A stretch of DNA of 64,000 nt, from assembly GCA_965645245.1 (NCBI GenBank), contig OZ287072.1, positions 1,798,001-1,862,000 of the forward strand, in the 5' to 3' direction. This document shows positions 14,192-26,913 of the stretch, piece after piece. The DNA is from Massalongia carnosa. Taxonomy: Eukaryota. The translations under genes were made by a program, and so were the position numbers. Under the pieces are notes generated by a model. The model had not been told where the DNA came from, did not search any database, and worked only from the letters and a program-made list of their open reading frames with translations. How positions within the stretch are numbered: position 1 is the stretch's first letter; each line of letters starts with the position of its first letter.

Positions 14192-14358
14192 ATAACCGAC
14201 GATTATATTACGTTTAGCCTTCGGCATACCGTAACAAGAGCTCAGTTGGGCTTAGTGCCACCTGCTATCCTAACACGCTATGGCGGACATGACTAGTCTG
14301 ACATCGGCATCTGCGAGCGCAGGACGAGTCGGGAGCGTATAACTAAACAGATAAACGA

Positions 14359-14609
14359 TGTTATGGTCTACCTAGAGACAAGTCATAGGGACACTGGAAA
14401 CGAATACAATAAAGATGAATAAGGAAAAAGACTATCGACAGCCAGAACCTGCTCCTATATATGCTCTACTGCGCTAGTACCCATATGGTATAGTCGTCAT
14501 GGAATCTTCTAGTAGCTGCGGGAACGAAATCGAAAGTGCCTGCATGTTCCATCTACTTTTACCTTAGGCGGTGCCGAGTGCCGAGGTCGTGCCGTGTAGA
14601 ATCGTGAAA
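14359..14609. mobile_element. Solo LTR (251 bp)
   Basis: TSD AACGA at 14354-14358 and 14610-14614; inverted homolog at 17874-18117. Confidence 0.85.
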
Positions 14610-14837
14610 AACGATAACAATATAGGAAGTAGTGAGACGGGAGAATCTCATTGAATATTATGAAAACATTAATGTTGATTTAGAGAAATAGTGATCAAAC
14701 GTGATTAGTCTGTCTAAAGAGGAAATCTACCGCGATAGATTTAGCAATATAGGACTTTGCTGCGATCGACATAGTCTGATCACTTCTGATTATCTTTGAT
14801 TATCTGTACCTTATATCTTATTTTGAATAAAACTTGA

Positions 14838-17320
14838 TTTTTTTATTTTATTTATTCATTAAGTGTATTCAACCTAAGGTTATGACACTAAACTATTTTA
14901 GGATATGTTTCTATAATACAAATAAATAAACCCTTTATAACCCATCTATGTATCGTCAATTTTCCCCCGTTTTTACTCCGTGTTAGTAACAACCTATAGT
15001 AATCGAGAAATTATCGATTTTACAATTTGTCTTCGTAAGTTCGTAAATGTTTCAACATAAATCATTTCTGATTTTACTGTTCGATCTCTCCCCAGCCTCA
15101 CGTTTCAACAATTTCGTCATCAAGCTGACCTAGTATCCATTTTCTAGTCGCGATTTTGTTATTGACAATTAATTTAATCAAAATGTCATTTCCAATTTTA
15201 GTATTAAACAACATATTCAAGTTGATAGTAGTATCACCATTTCGTTTCATGTTTTGAATTTCATCGTAATAGTGAATGCAATTCAATAACAAGTGTTCTG
15301 GCCTTTGTCTTTGATTGCATCTATTTGTGCATTTTGACGAATTATAATCTTTCAATCGATGTAAATAGGATCGAAAATAACCGTGTCCGAATTTTAATTG
15401 CATAATAGTGGCAAATATCAATTTGGAGCAGTTGTTTGATAAATAATAAAAACTCGATATGCCAGGTTGCATTTCGAATTTCTCATAGTATTTGCCTTTC
15501 GATTTGCATTGTTGCCATTGATTCGTCCATGTAGTTAGCATATTTGATTTATTTGATCTTTTACATAGTCAAATGTTATCGCCGAGGACTCGAATAGGAT
15601 TCGATTATGTCCCATCTTTGCTGTTTTGTCTGCAATTTCGTTTTCGGTAATTTTCGAATGACTCAGAATCCATTGCAAAATCACCTGATAATTGCTTTCA
15701 AATAAGCGTTTTGCGATCTTTCGAATTTGTCTTGCGAAAATATGATTTGTCAAGTTCTGAATTTCGTTTATCGCCTTTATGCTATCAGAAAAAATCCAAA
15801 TCGTTTTTTCTAAGTTCGATAAAATATTAGTATTCGACAATTTATAGACCCATTTCATTGCTTGTAAAATCGCATGCAGTTCAGCATTTTTAATGCTTGA
15901 CTGTTTGCTTAATTTCCAGCTTTTCGAAATCGTATGATACTTGATCAGACAATCTTTTTCGATAAATCGATCAAAATTATCAATAATATTATTTCAATTC
16001 CGCAAAATTGGTGCAAATGTGACTGCAGACGTTACAAATTCGATTTTTAATCCATCCGTATAAAGTAAAACTCGGGATTTATCGGAGTTCATTGATTGAA
16101 TTTTTGATAAGGTCGAATAATAATATGATTTTGCAGATTCTTTTGTATTTTCGATTTGAGATTCGATTTTGCATGACGATTTCCAAGGTTTAATGAAATG
16201 ATTTAATTGTTCAAATTCATCAGTTTTGTGAACTATGTCAGAAACGGAATGAAGAACGCGAATAAGCTGACTAGGGTGTCGTTTATTTGTCTGTTTTTCA
16301 TCTTCGTTCCATTCGGCATATTTGTTGTTCCATAAGCTAGTGTCAAAACCGATGTTTTCATATTTTATCGAATATGTGTTTGGAATTCTTCGACAAATGG
16401 GATTATTTTCGGCAATCTTCAATAATCGAATTGCCTATTTTTGATTATTTATTAATAATCGAAGTTTAACTGGTAAAACATGTGATTCAATTTCCATCGA
16501 CTGAACAGGTGAGGTTTTGAAAGTTCCTAAAATTTTCCGAATCATTCGATTTTGCAAATTCTGAAATAGTTTTTCATATTTCTTTTAACCGTTATACCAA
16601 ATTTCTGAGCCGTAGTCCGAAATAGGAACAATGCATGACAGATAGAGCTGTCTGCATGCGGTCGGTTTCAGACCCCATTCGGATTTCATCAAATTCTGAA
16701 TTGCAAAAAATGATCGATTCGCAGAAGAGATTCGCGTTTCGACGTGTTTTTTGAAATTTAGTTTTCGGTCTAGCCAGACGCCCAACCATTTGACTACATT
16801 TTTCGGTTCTAGTATTGTCCCGTTTGGTAATTCCAATGTGTCTTTCGATACATTTCTTGTCTTTTCGAAGTGAATCAGCTCGGATTTATCGTCATCAAAT
16901 TTGACATTATTCGATGCGGCCCAATCAAAAGCTGTTTTGACTATGATTTCGATTTCTTTGCAATTTTGTTTTGCAGTTTTATTTTCGACATATATTGCAA
17001 CATCGTCAATAAAACTGGGAGAATGTGCATTAAATTTCATTCGTATTTTCGGAAACAAGTGACGAATGTAAATCAGAAATAGAATAGGCGAGATTGGTGA
17101 ACCTTGTGGAATTCCTGATTCGACAAAATATGTTTTGCTTTTGTTTTCATCGAATATCAAATTGATCGATCGTTTTGTCATGAAATGCTTAACCCATTGA
17201 ATTATTATGCGAGATAATTTCAGCTTTTTCATAACATTTAGCAGTTGATTAATCGAGACAAAGTAAAATGCGCCTTTGACATCGAGTAATAAACAGGATA
17301 AAACGTTTTTATTTCGATGT
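14838..17320 (-). mobile_element. LINE family A, copy 4; 5'-truncated within RT
   Basis: A-rich tail (minus strand) from 14838; RT/RNase H ORF pieces; exact 11-bp TSD ATAAAACTTGA at 14827-14837 and 17321-17331. Confidence 0.95.
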
Positions 17321-17577
17321 ATAAAACTTGAATTTCTATGTATACGCTCGTTATATTTAGATAGAAACAGCAGTTTTCAATTACTATAGCTTATCAATAA
17401 ATCGTACAGAGTCTTAGTAAAGATAATCGCTCTAAAGTCTACCCTTTAACTTTTGTCAAATCTTCATTCCCCTGTGGCGGAAAGACAGCTTCTTGGAATC
17501 TTATACTTTGAATACTCTTTACAGAGCAACATTTTATTAACGAAAACATTTTTAGCATCGCAGGTAATATTTAAGAA

Positions 17578-17720
17578 TACGATGAGCAACGGGTCGGGTT
17601 GGGTCGGGTTTGGCCTAGTTGAACCGACCCGCTACCGGGTTGGGGAACTTGTAGGGCTCAGCCCAGTGGGTTGGGGAACCGTTCCCGGGTTTACCCGTTT
17701 GACTCGTTCGACGCGGTCGA
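17578..17720. repeat. GC-rich cluster of GGGTCGGGT/GGGTT/ACCCG motifs; possible hAT-like transposon end
   Basis: GATGAGCAACGGGTCGGGTTGGGTCGGGT... with inverted copies of the motif in an AT-rich context; no transposase or partner end seen. Confidence 0.35.
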
Positions 17721-17873
17721 TTTTTTATGTTATTTTTAAACATGTTTTTAGACGTTTTAAACACATTTTGAAAATTCTGAAAATTCAGAGTTAGAAAAAG
17801 ATCTCAGATGAATGAATCTTTTAGTCATAGATTACTTATAGAATAATCGAGTCGAATAAAAAGACGTCTTAAG

Positions 17874-18117
17874 TGTCACGATTCTACTCGGCACGATCTC
17901 GGCACCGCCTAGGGCAATCGTAGATGGAACACCCAAGCACTTTTGATTTCGTTCCCGCAGCTACTTGAAGATTCCATGACGACTATACCACATGGGCACA
18001 AGCGCAGCATAGGATATATAGGAGCAGATTCTGGCTGTCAATTGTCTATTTCCTTCTTAATCTTTATTGTATTCGTTTCTAGCATCCCTATTACTTGTCT
18101 CTAGGTAGATCATAACA
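17874..18117. mobile_element. Solo LTR (244 bp), same family as 14359-14609, opposite orientation
   Basis: TGTCACG...ATAACA termini; clear inverted homology to 14359-14609; TSD poorly matched (TTAAG/ATCAG). Confidence 0.8.
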
Positions 18118-18695
18118 ATCAGAAAAGTATTTTAGAACTATGAAAGATTCGAAAACGAGTTACGATTTATATTTGGAGACGTCGACGAAGAACGTACAAA
18201 TCGGTTAACAGAAGTCACCGATCGATAATATCATTTTACCCTATCGAAAAAAACCCCCTCATTTACACTTTCCCATTTCTCCACTATTATCTTTCAATTT
18301 ATCTCTAGCCTTTAAAACCGAAGACCAAAAGACGTGAATATTCAGCCGAGACTATTTCTACTATTATTGCCTTATATCAGCTAAAAAAAATCACATGGTC
18401 AAATAGCTGACCATTTGAACTTATCTAAATCGACCATTATACATCGTCATACCAGGTCTTCAGAAGAAATCCCCTTGAGAAAAAAAAACGATTCGGTCGT
18501 CCCCCCAATCTTGATGCCCGTGCCAGACGTTAATTAATTTTTCATGTGGAGAGGTTTCCTCTCGACAATTTTCTATCTCTGGCCACCCCTTCCAAAACGG
18601 GACAGAAGACCTCACGCTACACCGTACGAATGTATCTAAAGGCGGCCGGTTATTTACGCTTTAAGGCTCGAAGGAAGCCCTTTCTAAATAAATGT

Positions 18696-19066
18696 TGTCA
18701 TGGAGTGACTGGGTACCTGCCAGTTAGTTCATTGAACCAACCTTAGCTGCTTGAACGAAGCACTAGCCGGCTAGCCGATCCGAAAGGAACTAAGCTTAAT
18801 CCGGTTTAGTCAGGGCAAAGGTAAGTGTTCCGGCTGAAGGTAAGTGTTCGGACTGTCAATAGTGTCATAGCGATAGTTTCATGCCAGGGACTTGGAAATT
18901 GGATCAACGGCTGGATTGGGACTGGTTCCGTTCGCCAGAGTCTTATACTCGCCCACGTTGGATTTTCTGTTTCTTTTCTCCTTGTCGAACGTCTTGTCCA
19001 CCTAGCTAGACAATCAAGTAATACGTTTGCACAATCTGAATTTCTACCTGACCTCGCATCGTGACA
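18696..19066. mobile_element. Solo LTR (371 bp)
   Basis: TGTCA...TGACA termini; TSD AATGT/AACGT (one C/T mismatch); transposase reading resumes after removal. Confidence 0.88.
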
Positions 19067-19375
19067 AACGTCACTAGAAGGCTAGGCTGGCCTGGGCTCG
19101 AGAGCACAAGGAATAGATATTGAATAATTGACTACGTGTTATATAGATAGATAAAGCTACGTTAAAACGGGCTTAGACTCTAGAAGTTGCTATATTTCAC
19201 GCCGAAAAGGAAATGTATTTGAGGCTTGACACTTAAAGCCTACTTGCAAAAGTGGAAGAAGCATTATAGGTATTTTGGCAGCCATAACTTTAAGTATCAA
19301 GGGACCGATGCTAATTTTGACGAGAGGACGAATAAACTCTGAAATCTATATTGTGGAGGTACTAAAGCCGCTAGG

Positions 19376-19546
19376 TGTGACGAAGCGAGATAGTAAATAG
19401 ATTTCTACCATTGCGCCACCTGTCCTTCCCGACCAAAAGGCACTATACTTAGTCCGCAGACCAAGCTCTATTCTACTATAACTGGGACTCATGCTATGTT
19501 CGCTGTAGGTCCTGCCGTCCGCACCATGCTTGGTCGAACCGTTACA
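19376..19546. mobile_element. Short solo LTR (171 bp)
   Basis: TG...CA; TSD CTAGG at 19371-19375 and 19547-19551; second copy at 36362-36532. Confidence 0.92.
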
Positions 19547-19990
19547 CTAGGAGTGCCCTTTTATGAAAGATGCGTAGCAAAGAGAGGTCTGATGATTTGG
19601 ATAGATAATAGGCCGGTTATCAAACTTTAAAGAAGGTACTTGGTTATGGACAAGAGGTAGGGCTTTTACACATGAAATGGCCGGCTCAATTACCAGACCT
19701 CAACCCCATTGAGAAATCTGTGGCGTATCATCAAAATACGAGTCAGTACCCGTCGTCATCAAATTAATTCAGTTGAGGCCATGAAGGAAGTATTGATAAA
19801 CGAATGGGATAAGTTGGCTGCGACGAACTTTAGGAAGTGTATAACGAGTATACCTAAACGTTATCACATAGTAGTTAAGGCTCAGGCGAGAGCCATTAAA
19901 TACTGATTATTTTATCTAATTTTTCATTTAAAATTTTATTAAATTTGAAAATTAGAGACTATTCTATCAACTATTGGCTTTATAGTAGGG

Positions 19991-20479
19991 TATCACGGAC
20001 AAGGTCCAGATAGGGAGATATACAAGAGTTACTATTAGAAAGCTAGGTCTAGGGATAGTATACAAGACGTCCGACAAAGAGCTCCAAACACCTGAGAAAC
20101 TATATTGGTTTTATAGCCATGGCTTCCAACTCCCCTATTCTTGACTTGCCCTTATCTCTGTTCCTGTTCTACTTTCCTAACCATGATCGCTTTGACCTGT
20201 TCCGTCTTTCTCTATGCCGAAGCAATATCTCTCTGCTGGGCAATTCCAGTCGTAGGCTTGGATTGTGGAGACGTTGAGATAGGATTCGGGATATAGGAGT
20301 TTGGGAGTGCACTGAAGGTAGCGGAAGAACGTCTGAAAATATGGGGTGAGGTTTCAGGAGAGTTTGGAATAACGGGCCACGGTTATATTCAACATGCAGG
20401 GCAGGTTTCACGGCAAGAGAGCCTGTTAAATACTAACCCGATCAGGAAACGTGGGAGGGTGCGAGGTAATTCCATGACA
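19991..20479. mobile_element. Possible degenerate solo LTR
   Basis: TATCACGG (TG>TA?) ... CCATGACA inverted termini; no convincing TSD. Confidence 0.35.
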
Positions 20480-20712
20480 TATAGGTTGATAATTAGGGTA
20501 AGGAAGTGAAATTTGATAGGGTGCGGGGCACGGTCGATGACTTCTGGTATCCGACTATATAGCAGAAAGAAGAATGCTGAAGTTGAGAGACAGTTGGAGT
20601 CCGCGGTCAGCTATGCAGCAAAATTTCAACAATAGACAATAATAATAGGATAAGATATTACGGCATTAACAAGAACATTCTATTAAGAAGTAAAGGAAGA
20701 AATCAAAGACAC

Positions 20713-20840
20713 ATTTTTATTTATTTATTTATTAAGTGTATTCAACCTAAGGTTATAAATGATACAGATAAATCAACCCATTTATAACCCCTCCATAAAT
20801 CGTCAATTTTGCCCCGTTTTTACTCCGTGTTAGTCAATCA
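20713..20840 (-). mobile_element. Short 3'-UTR stub of a LINE family A relative
   Basis: Shares AACCTTAGGTTGAATACACTTAAT and CTAACACGGAGTAAAAA with the family A 3' UTR, followed by a (TAAA)n tail. Confidence 0.85.
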
Positions 20841-20844
20841 CCCG

Positions 20845-23800
20845 ACTCGCATTCTTCTCGCTAGCTAATGGAAAGCGTGGAGGCGGTGAGACGAAAGGTT
20901 TATGAGCTGGATGAAGAGGAACAAATCTTGCTGGGAGACTTTAATCTGCATTACCCTCTATTGAGTGGCCCCTCCAGGCCTACACAAAATCAAGCGGCCG
21001 ACCAGCTTCTCGACGTCGTTCGTGCGGCGTCTATGCAGCTCACTCAACCTAGTGGCTCTGTCACTTGGGAGGCACGCAGATCCACGAGCACGATAGACCT
21101 GGTATTCATGACCGACTCCCTGAGACATAGTCTGCTGCACTGTCACACCCGTCCGGAGATGAACCAATTGTCCGATCACATACCCGTCTCTACCAAGCTG
21201 ACGCTAGAGGTAGAGCTGAGCGTGAAACGTCGCAAGAGAGCATGGAAGCGAGCCGACGAAGAAAATCTGGCGAAAAGTCTTCGTCTACCTGTAGTCACGG
21301 AGTGGCCGCGTACCCCGCAAGCCATAGACGACTTAGCGAATCGACTACAGTCCGCCATTATTGACGCGATAAATGAGACTATTCCCTGGACGGCTCCCTG
21401 CCCCGTCTCCAAACCCTTCTGGAACGAGCGTTGCGCTGTCGCTGTGGCGGAAACTTGACATCGAAGACGCGAGTAGACGAGGTGGAAGACAGAGGCAACG
21501 TGGCGCAGGTATCTCAAATCGGCGGATAAAAAGAAGAAGATCATCACTAAGGAGAAGAAGCTCGACTTCAGAAGAACCTTAGCAGAGATGACGTCTGCGT
21601 CCGAAGGCATATGGCGTCTTGCTCGATAGGCTCGTATGCGTAGTCACTTACCGCGAGACATTTTAAGGTGCCCGATCTGACGCACACGCTTGCGGATGGC
21701 ACAGCAGTCACTGCGTCCACATTCGACGAAAAGACGTCTCTTCTCTCTGACATGTTCTTCCCTAATACAACCGCGGCAGACCTCAGCGACACGACGACGT
21801 ATCGCTACCCTCCCGCTGTCGCAGAAACGGAGTCTCTTATCAGAGGCGAGGAGATACAGGTAGCAATCAAGCGTTGTAAGCCGGACTCTGCTCTGGGCCC
21901 CGACGGAATACCGAATAGAATACTCAAGCTTCTAATCAAGTCGATACTGCCCACGTTAGTCCTTCTGTTTCGCGCCTACGCAGAGCAGGGGTATCACCCA
22001 CTCTGCTTTCGCGAGGCTCACACTATTGTAATCATGAAGCCGAACAAGCCGAACAACACTCTCGCTAAGGCCTATAGACCTATCGCGCTTCTGAATACGC
22101 TTGGGAAGGTCTTGGAATCGATCATAGCTAAACGCATCGCCGTTATTGCGGAGACCCACAATCTGCTTCCTGAGTCTCAGATGGGAGGACGACGACAAAG
22201 ATCCTGTAAAACGGCGCTTGAACTCCTCACCGAGCAGATACACACGGTGTAGAACACGGGTCAGACAAAGTAGCTACGCTTTTGAGCATTGATGTGGCCG
22301 GTACCTTTGATCACTTCTGGGCAGAGAGAATGCTACACAATCTGCGTAAGAGAAAAATTCCTGAATGGCTCGTAGTATGGGTCGGCAGCTTTTTACAGCA
22401 AAGAAGGTCTACACTGACAATCGGCGATCAGACATCTTCGATGCGCCTTGTTCACGCCGGTATACCGTAGGGGTCGCAAGTGTCGCCTATTCTCTACATT
22501 TTTTACAACGTAGATATTTTGGAGGAGCTAGAGCGATCTCGACTCAAAGTCACCGTGTTGGGGTTTATTGACGATATCAATATACTGGCATACGGCACCT
22601 CGACTGCGAGTAACTGTCGAGCTTTAGAATGTGCTCACGAGATATGAGAGTTGTTGGCTAGACGTCATTGAGCGCACTTCGCGCCTGCTAAATACGAGCT
22701 CCTACATCTCGCCGGAAATGATCGTCGCTTCGACATGACGGCTGCCGTGTGCATAGGAGGCGTGGACAAGAAGCCTTCGCCGTCGGTGCGAGTGCTTAGA
22801 ATTCAGATCGACTCCAAGTTTAAATGGGGCCCTCATCTAAAGTTCATACAGGGCAAAATAGCTACGCAGACCTTGGCATTATCCAGGCTTACGGCTTCTA
22901 CGTGGGAGCGTGCTTTACGAAGGCGAGACACGTTTATAGCGCCGTCGTGCGACCGGCGATTACCTTTGGCTCTACCGTCTGGTATTCCCCATATGGCCGT
23001 CCCGACGGCACGCAGAGGATCGACAAATAGCTCGGTAACATACAGCAAGAGTGTCTGCGAGCGATAAGCGGAGGATTTCGCGCTACTCCGCAAATCATCA
23101 TTGAAGCCGAAACTCACGTTTCTCTAATTTATTTGCATCTGGCTCACTTGCAGGCGAAGGCACGACGACGTCTTAAAGTACATGAACACGATCAACGCAT
23201 CTCCGCTTTCTGTGAGAAGATCAAGCGTAAGCTGACTGCCTCGCGCGGTAGACGACGGCGCGCCCTCAACGCTCCGCCGGCTCAGCGTAAGCGTGACTGG
23301 TATACGAGGCAGATTGCTCGAGTCCGGCCTGCTGACATGATAGAAGACACTCCGACGGACAGAGGGCTAGCCAAGATCTTTAACAATCAGTGGAAACAGA
23401 CCTGGAGCGCGTATCAGGCGGCTAATCAGCGTAATCCCTGCGATGCGCTTATTGAGGATCTTTCGATAAAGAGACTTGGATTACATAAGAACTTCAGCAA
23501 ATCCGCAAGCAGCCTCATCATTCAAATGCGTACTGAGCGTATTCGCTTGGCGGATTATTTCTTCTCTCGTTGAGTTCCCACGTTCGCTTCGCCGGCGTGT
23601 AGCTGTAGATAGGCACGCCAGACTCTCAAGCATATGCTACTCAGCTGCCCTAGGTTTATTAACGGCCGAAGCTACATATGCAGAGACGCCGGAATGACGG
23701 ATTATCGCCGCCTTCTGACCACGGAAAAGGGCTTATGCGGACTAATCTACTGATACAGTTTTCGCTAGCTGTAGAGTATCTTTCTTCCTCCCCCTGACTG
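20845..23800 (+). mobile_element. LINE family B (GC-richer, Tad-like, no RNase H), decayed ORF2
   Basis: LLGDFNLH, TIDLVF, SDH, GPDGIPN, YRPIALLNTLGKVLE, GIP*GS, GFIDD, C-terminal CSC..RQT..H.LLSC; many stops and frameshifts; ends approximate. Confidence 0.9.
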
Positions 23801-24224
23801 TCGCGTAGTGATAGTCACAAACTCTAGTTATAACAGGGATAGAAGGTAGTCTCTTGATACGCATGTGTGTCGTAGACGTAGCGCTGGCGAAACGTAGCAT
23901 TCGCGAAATGAGGTCGAGCGATCACGTGTAGGTATTTTGATGAATGTTTTTTTCCCCTCGATGAGGGTTTTCCTTCTTTGAAACTTTGATAGCTTTTCGC
24001 ATGGGCCGGCTGTAGCTGATATAACAACGAGGATAATTTTAATAATAATATGTTTTATTCTTGTTTTTCATTTTTTCGAACGATAACATCTTTCGCGTGT
24101 ACATTATTTCTTTTTAGTCGTCATATACTTATGAAGTTCTTATGCTCTCGTTTCTTTTATTTGCTTTTTTTGTGTTTTTCAACAATTGCTCTCCCAAAAG
24201 ATTCAACATAACTGCATCTATCAA

Positions 24225-25585
24225 TATTGCTAGTACCGAAATTGAACCAAAAAACGGACATCAGAGTATTGGGCCTACAAATTGACACTAAATTGATATG
24301 GGGACCGCACGTTCGCAAAACGCAAGAGAAAATGGTCAAACAATACATGGCATTGACAAAAATTTCCACATCAACCTGGGGTGCCACCTTCGCCAAGGCA
24401 AGGCAAGTTTACAGTGCAGTGGTGCGTCCGGCCATGAAACATGTGTCAACCGTATGGCACATGCCCAAAGAAGTCAAAAAGTCAAAAACGTCAACGAGCA
24501 AGCTCTCCGTCATGCAAAATAATTGCCTTCGCACCATTACCGGTGCCTTTAAAGCCACTCCCATCTCAGTACTAGAAGCAGAGATATTTATAGCGCCTAT
24601 AGACATGTATCTCGACATGCTACAAGCACAGGCAAGGCACCGGCTCTGAGCTGGAGGCCAATTGAAGATTATCTCCTCCGCATGCAAAAAAATAGCTGAA
24701 AATTTTCGAGGCAAGACAGGTCGCAAACGACTTCAAAAGCCCACCCCGGGAGAGCTAAAACACATCTGGGCCAAAAGCCTACTGATCGACTCAAAAATAG
24801 TTCAACTACCAAAGGCATACCCACCATGGTTCGAAGTCTACCCGGCGTGGCACCGCGAAGCTACCGTTACGGCAACGGCCCGACACAAGAAGATGTAAAC
24901 AATTAAAGCACGACAAATAAAGGTCTGGAACGACTCGTGGTGCGCATATCAAATTCGCGTCATCGAATCCTCCATAGCACAATCAGTCCCACTGAGCAAA
25001 AAACGGCTGAAAACACACACGCAGCTAAAAAAGGCAGAAAGCGCTCTAACAATATAAATCCACATTGGCAAAATCGGATTAGCTAACTTCTTCTACAAGC
25101 GATGGGTGCCCTCCATCACCTCACCGGCCTGCTCATGTGGCTGGCACAGACAAACTCCAGAACATACAATCATATTCTGCAGACTTTTTGACAATAGAGA
25201 ACAGATGTTTCGCGCCGCCGGCACGAGCGACTATCAGCAGCTGACCGAATCATAAAAAAATCTGAAGATACTAACTGCTTAGCTAATGAAAACAGGCTTA
25301 TTGAGTTAGTTCTCACTATCATCAATATTATTGTACAATCAATAGTAGTTGAACCTTTCTTTCTTTCTTCTCTTTTTACAAGGCATTAAGGCATTACAGT
25401 TCCCACACGTCTTTTGCACAGCGTCTCCCGCCCGACGTCGACCCGTAGTCACATCGGATAGGTATCATGGGATATAGTTTTTACACCTGTGAAAGGTTTT
25501 CCATATAACATAACTTAGATAGCTTCGCCCGCATGGGTCGGCCTACGGCCGGTGTCATATCGGAGTATGAATATATCATCATCGT
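24225..25585 (+). mobile_element. LINE family C, 5'-truncated 3' fragment (no RNase H)
   Basis: IRVLGLQID.KL.WGPH, STWGATF..ARQVYSAVVRP, CSCGWHRQTPEH; related to family B; 3' UTR with GGCC-TAC-GGCC hairpin and ATC-like tail. Confidence 0.85.
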
Positions 25586-25999
25586 CAACAATTGCTCGTT
25601 TCGCATTCTTCTTCGTGAATTCTAATTCTTCGTTTGTCGAGTAATTAAATCTTAATCACTTGCGACAAGTTCCCTTCGGTAATAGTTCATTACTTTTTCG
25701 TTCCTGATGAAGTGATAATTCGAATTTCGTAAGCGTCGATTTGACAACAACTTTCTTCGTATTACTCGCGAATTCTTCTACACCCGTTTGCAAAATGGTG
25801 TGCCGAACTTTGAACCCCGAAACTGCGCGGTTAAAAAAAAAATAAGCGACAGAATTGGACCACATACCAGAATTTAGTGCAGTAGCTAATAGCCCTCCTC
25901 CCCTTAACACTGCTATTTGCAGTCTATAGGATAATATGGTTAATAATATCCTTTTAATTATCGTTTGTATGAACTTTCAACGTAGTTATTCCAGTCATC

Positions 26000-26913
26000 A
26001 TGCCTCGACAACAGCCTCCTAAACAACCTTCAAAATAGCCCCCCAAACAGCCCTCTATACAATTATGAAAACGGGCATCTACTACTGAATTACCTAGGAA
26101 CTCAGCACCTTCATTTAAACAAAGGCTTAGAATCAATCCTCCTAGATTATCATCACCAGTTTTAAATGCCTGTATTCCTGATCTTCTATCACGTCCCCCT
26201 TTACCATCTCCTCCAGCTTCTCCTTCGGCTTCGACTTTACCTCCTCATCGTCTCCTCCTCCCCGAGCCAAGGAATGTTCGTCCGACTAGCAATAGTACGC
26301 CTTCTTCTTGTCTTTCTGAGTTATCTAGTACTCCTGAACCTGAGCCTGAGCCTGAGCCCGAGCCTGTTTTATTTATTCTGCTTTACAAACCAAACCATTC
26401 AGCAGTGGAAAGGTACTGTTTGTGAGGAAAAATGGGAGAAAATGGGAATCGAACCTGGCATCGGCATACGTTTGGCTCGCGATGTCAGCAAATTTGCTAG
26501 ACAATTGAAGCAGCAATCATCCGAGCACGATTCTGAACCTATAATTGTTCCTCCTCCTCCATCAGAATCACGTTCCTCCAGTCAATCTTTGCCAAAGAAT
26601 TTCCGGCTAAGCTTCAATGTACGTCCGCTAACTACTAGGACTACACAAAAGGCTTTGAATGACGAGGAGGACGAGAAGGACCAGGAGGACCAGGAGGACT
26701 AGGAGGACGAGAAGGACGAGGAGGACGAGGAGGACGAGGAGGACGAGGAGGATGAGGAGGAGGATGAGGAGGACGAGGAGGATGATACGGAAGACAGTAG
26801 CTGATAAGGAAATTGATTTTTATGAGTTTTATTCAATACTAGACTATCGAAACAATGCACCTGCATCATGTGAAACATCTTCACTTATAGCCTGTAGTGC
26901 TATGAAAATATAG
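26000..26913 (+). pseudogene. Degenerate accessory ORF inside the long-TIR element (Pro/Ser-rich, PEPEPE, W..MGI.PGIG.RLA motif, acidic tail)
   Basis: ATG at 26000; stops explainable as CAG>TAG and CGA>TGA; one frame change near 26385; 3' end uncertain. Confidence 0.55.
26659..26785 (+). repeat. (GAGGAGGAC)n-type repeat encoding an E/D tract
   Basis: Directly visible 9-bp-periodic GAG/GAC repeat. Confidence 0.9.

Larger units (their letters stand above)
18208..19987 (+). mobile_element. Heavily mutated Tc1-like transposon with two nested solo LTRs
   Basis: Remnant peptides ARRKPFLNK, ARLAWAREH, WPAQLPDLNPI, WRIIK...AIKY*; many stops; ends approximate. Confidence 0.8.

Noticed and set aside
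14206..14667. Possible older LTR surrounding the 14359 solo LTR
   Set aside because: Termini and TSD not resolvable by eye.
23824..24224. Non-coding stretch with CGAAA motifs and partial resemblance to an I-SceI site
   Set aside because: Only a partial match, with no partner repeat or ORF to support a call.
26659..26913. Arg-rich protamine-like ORF (TRR)n and antisense poly-Ser ORF
   Set aside because: Alternative frames of the GAG/GAC repeat; the acidic frame is the one continuous with the upstream ORF.
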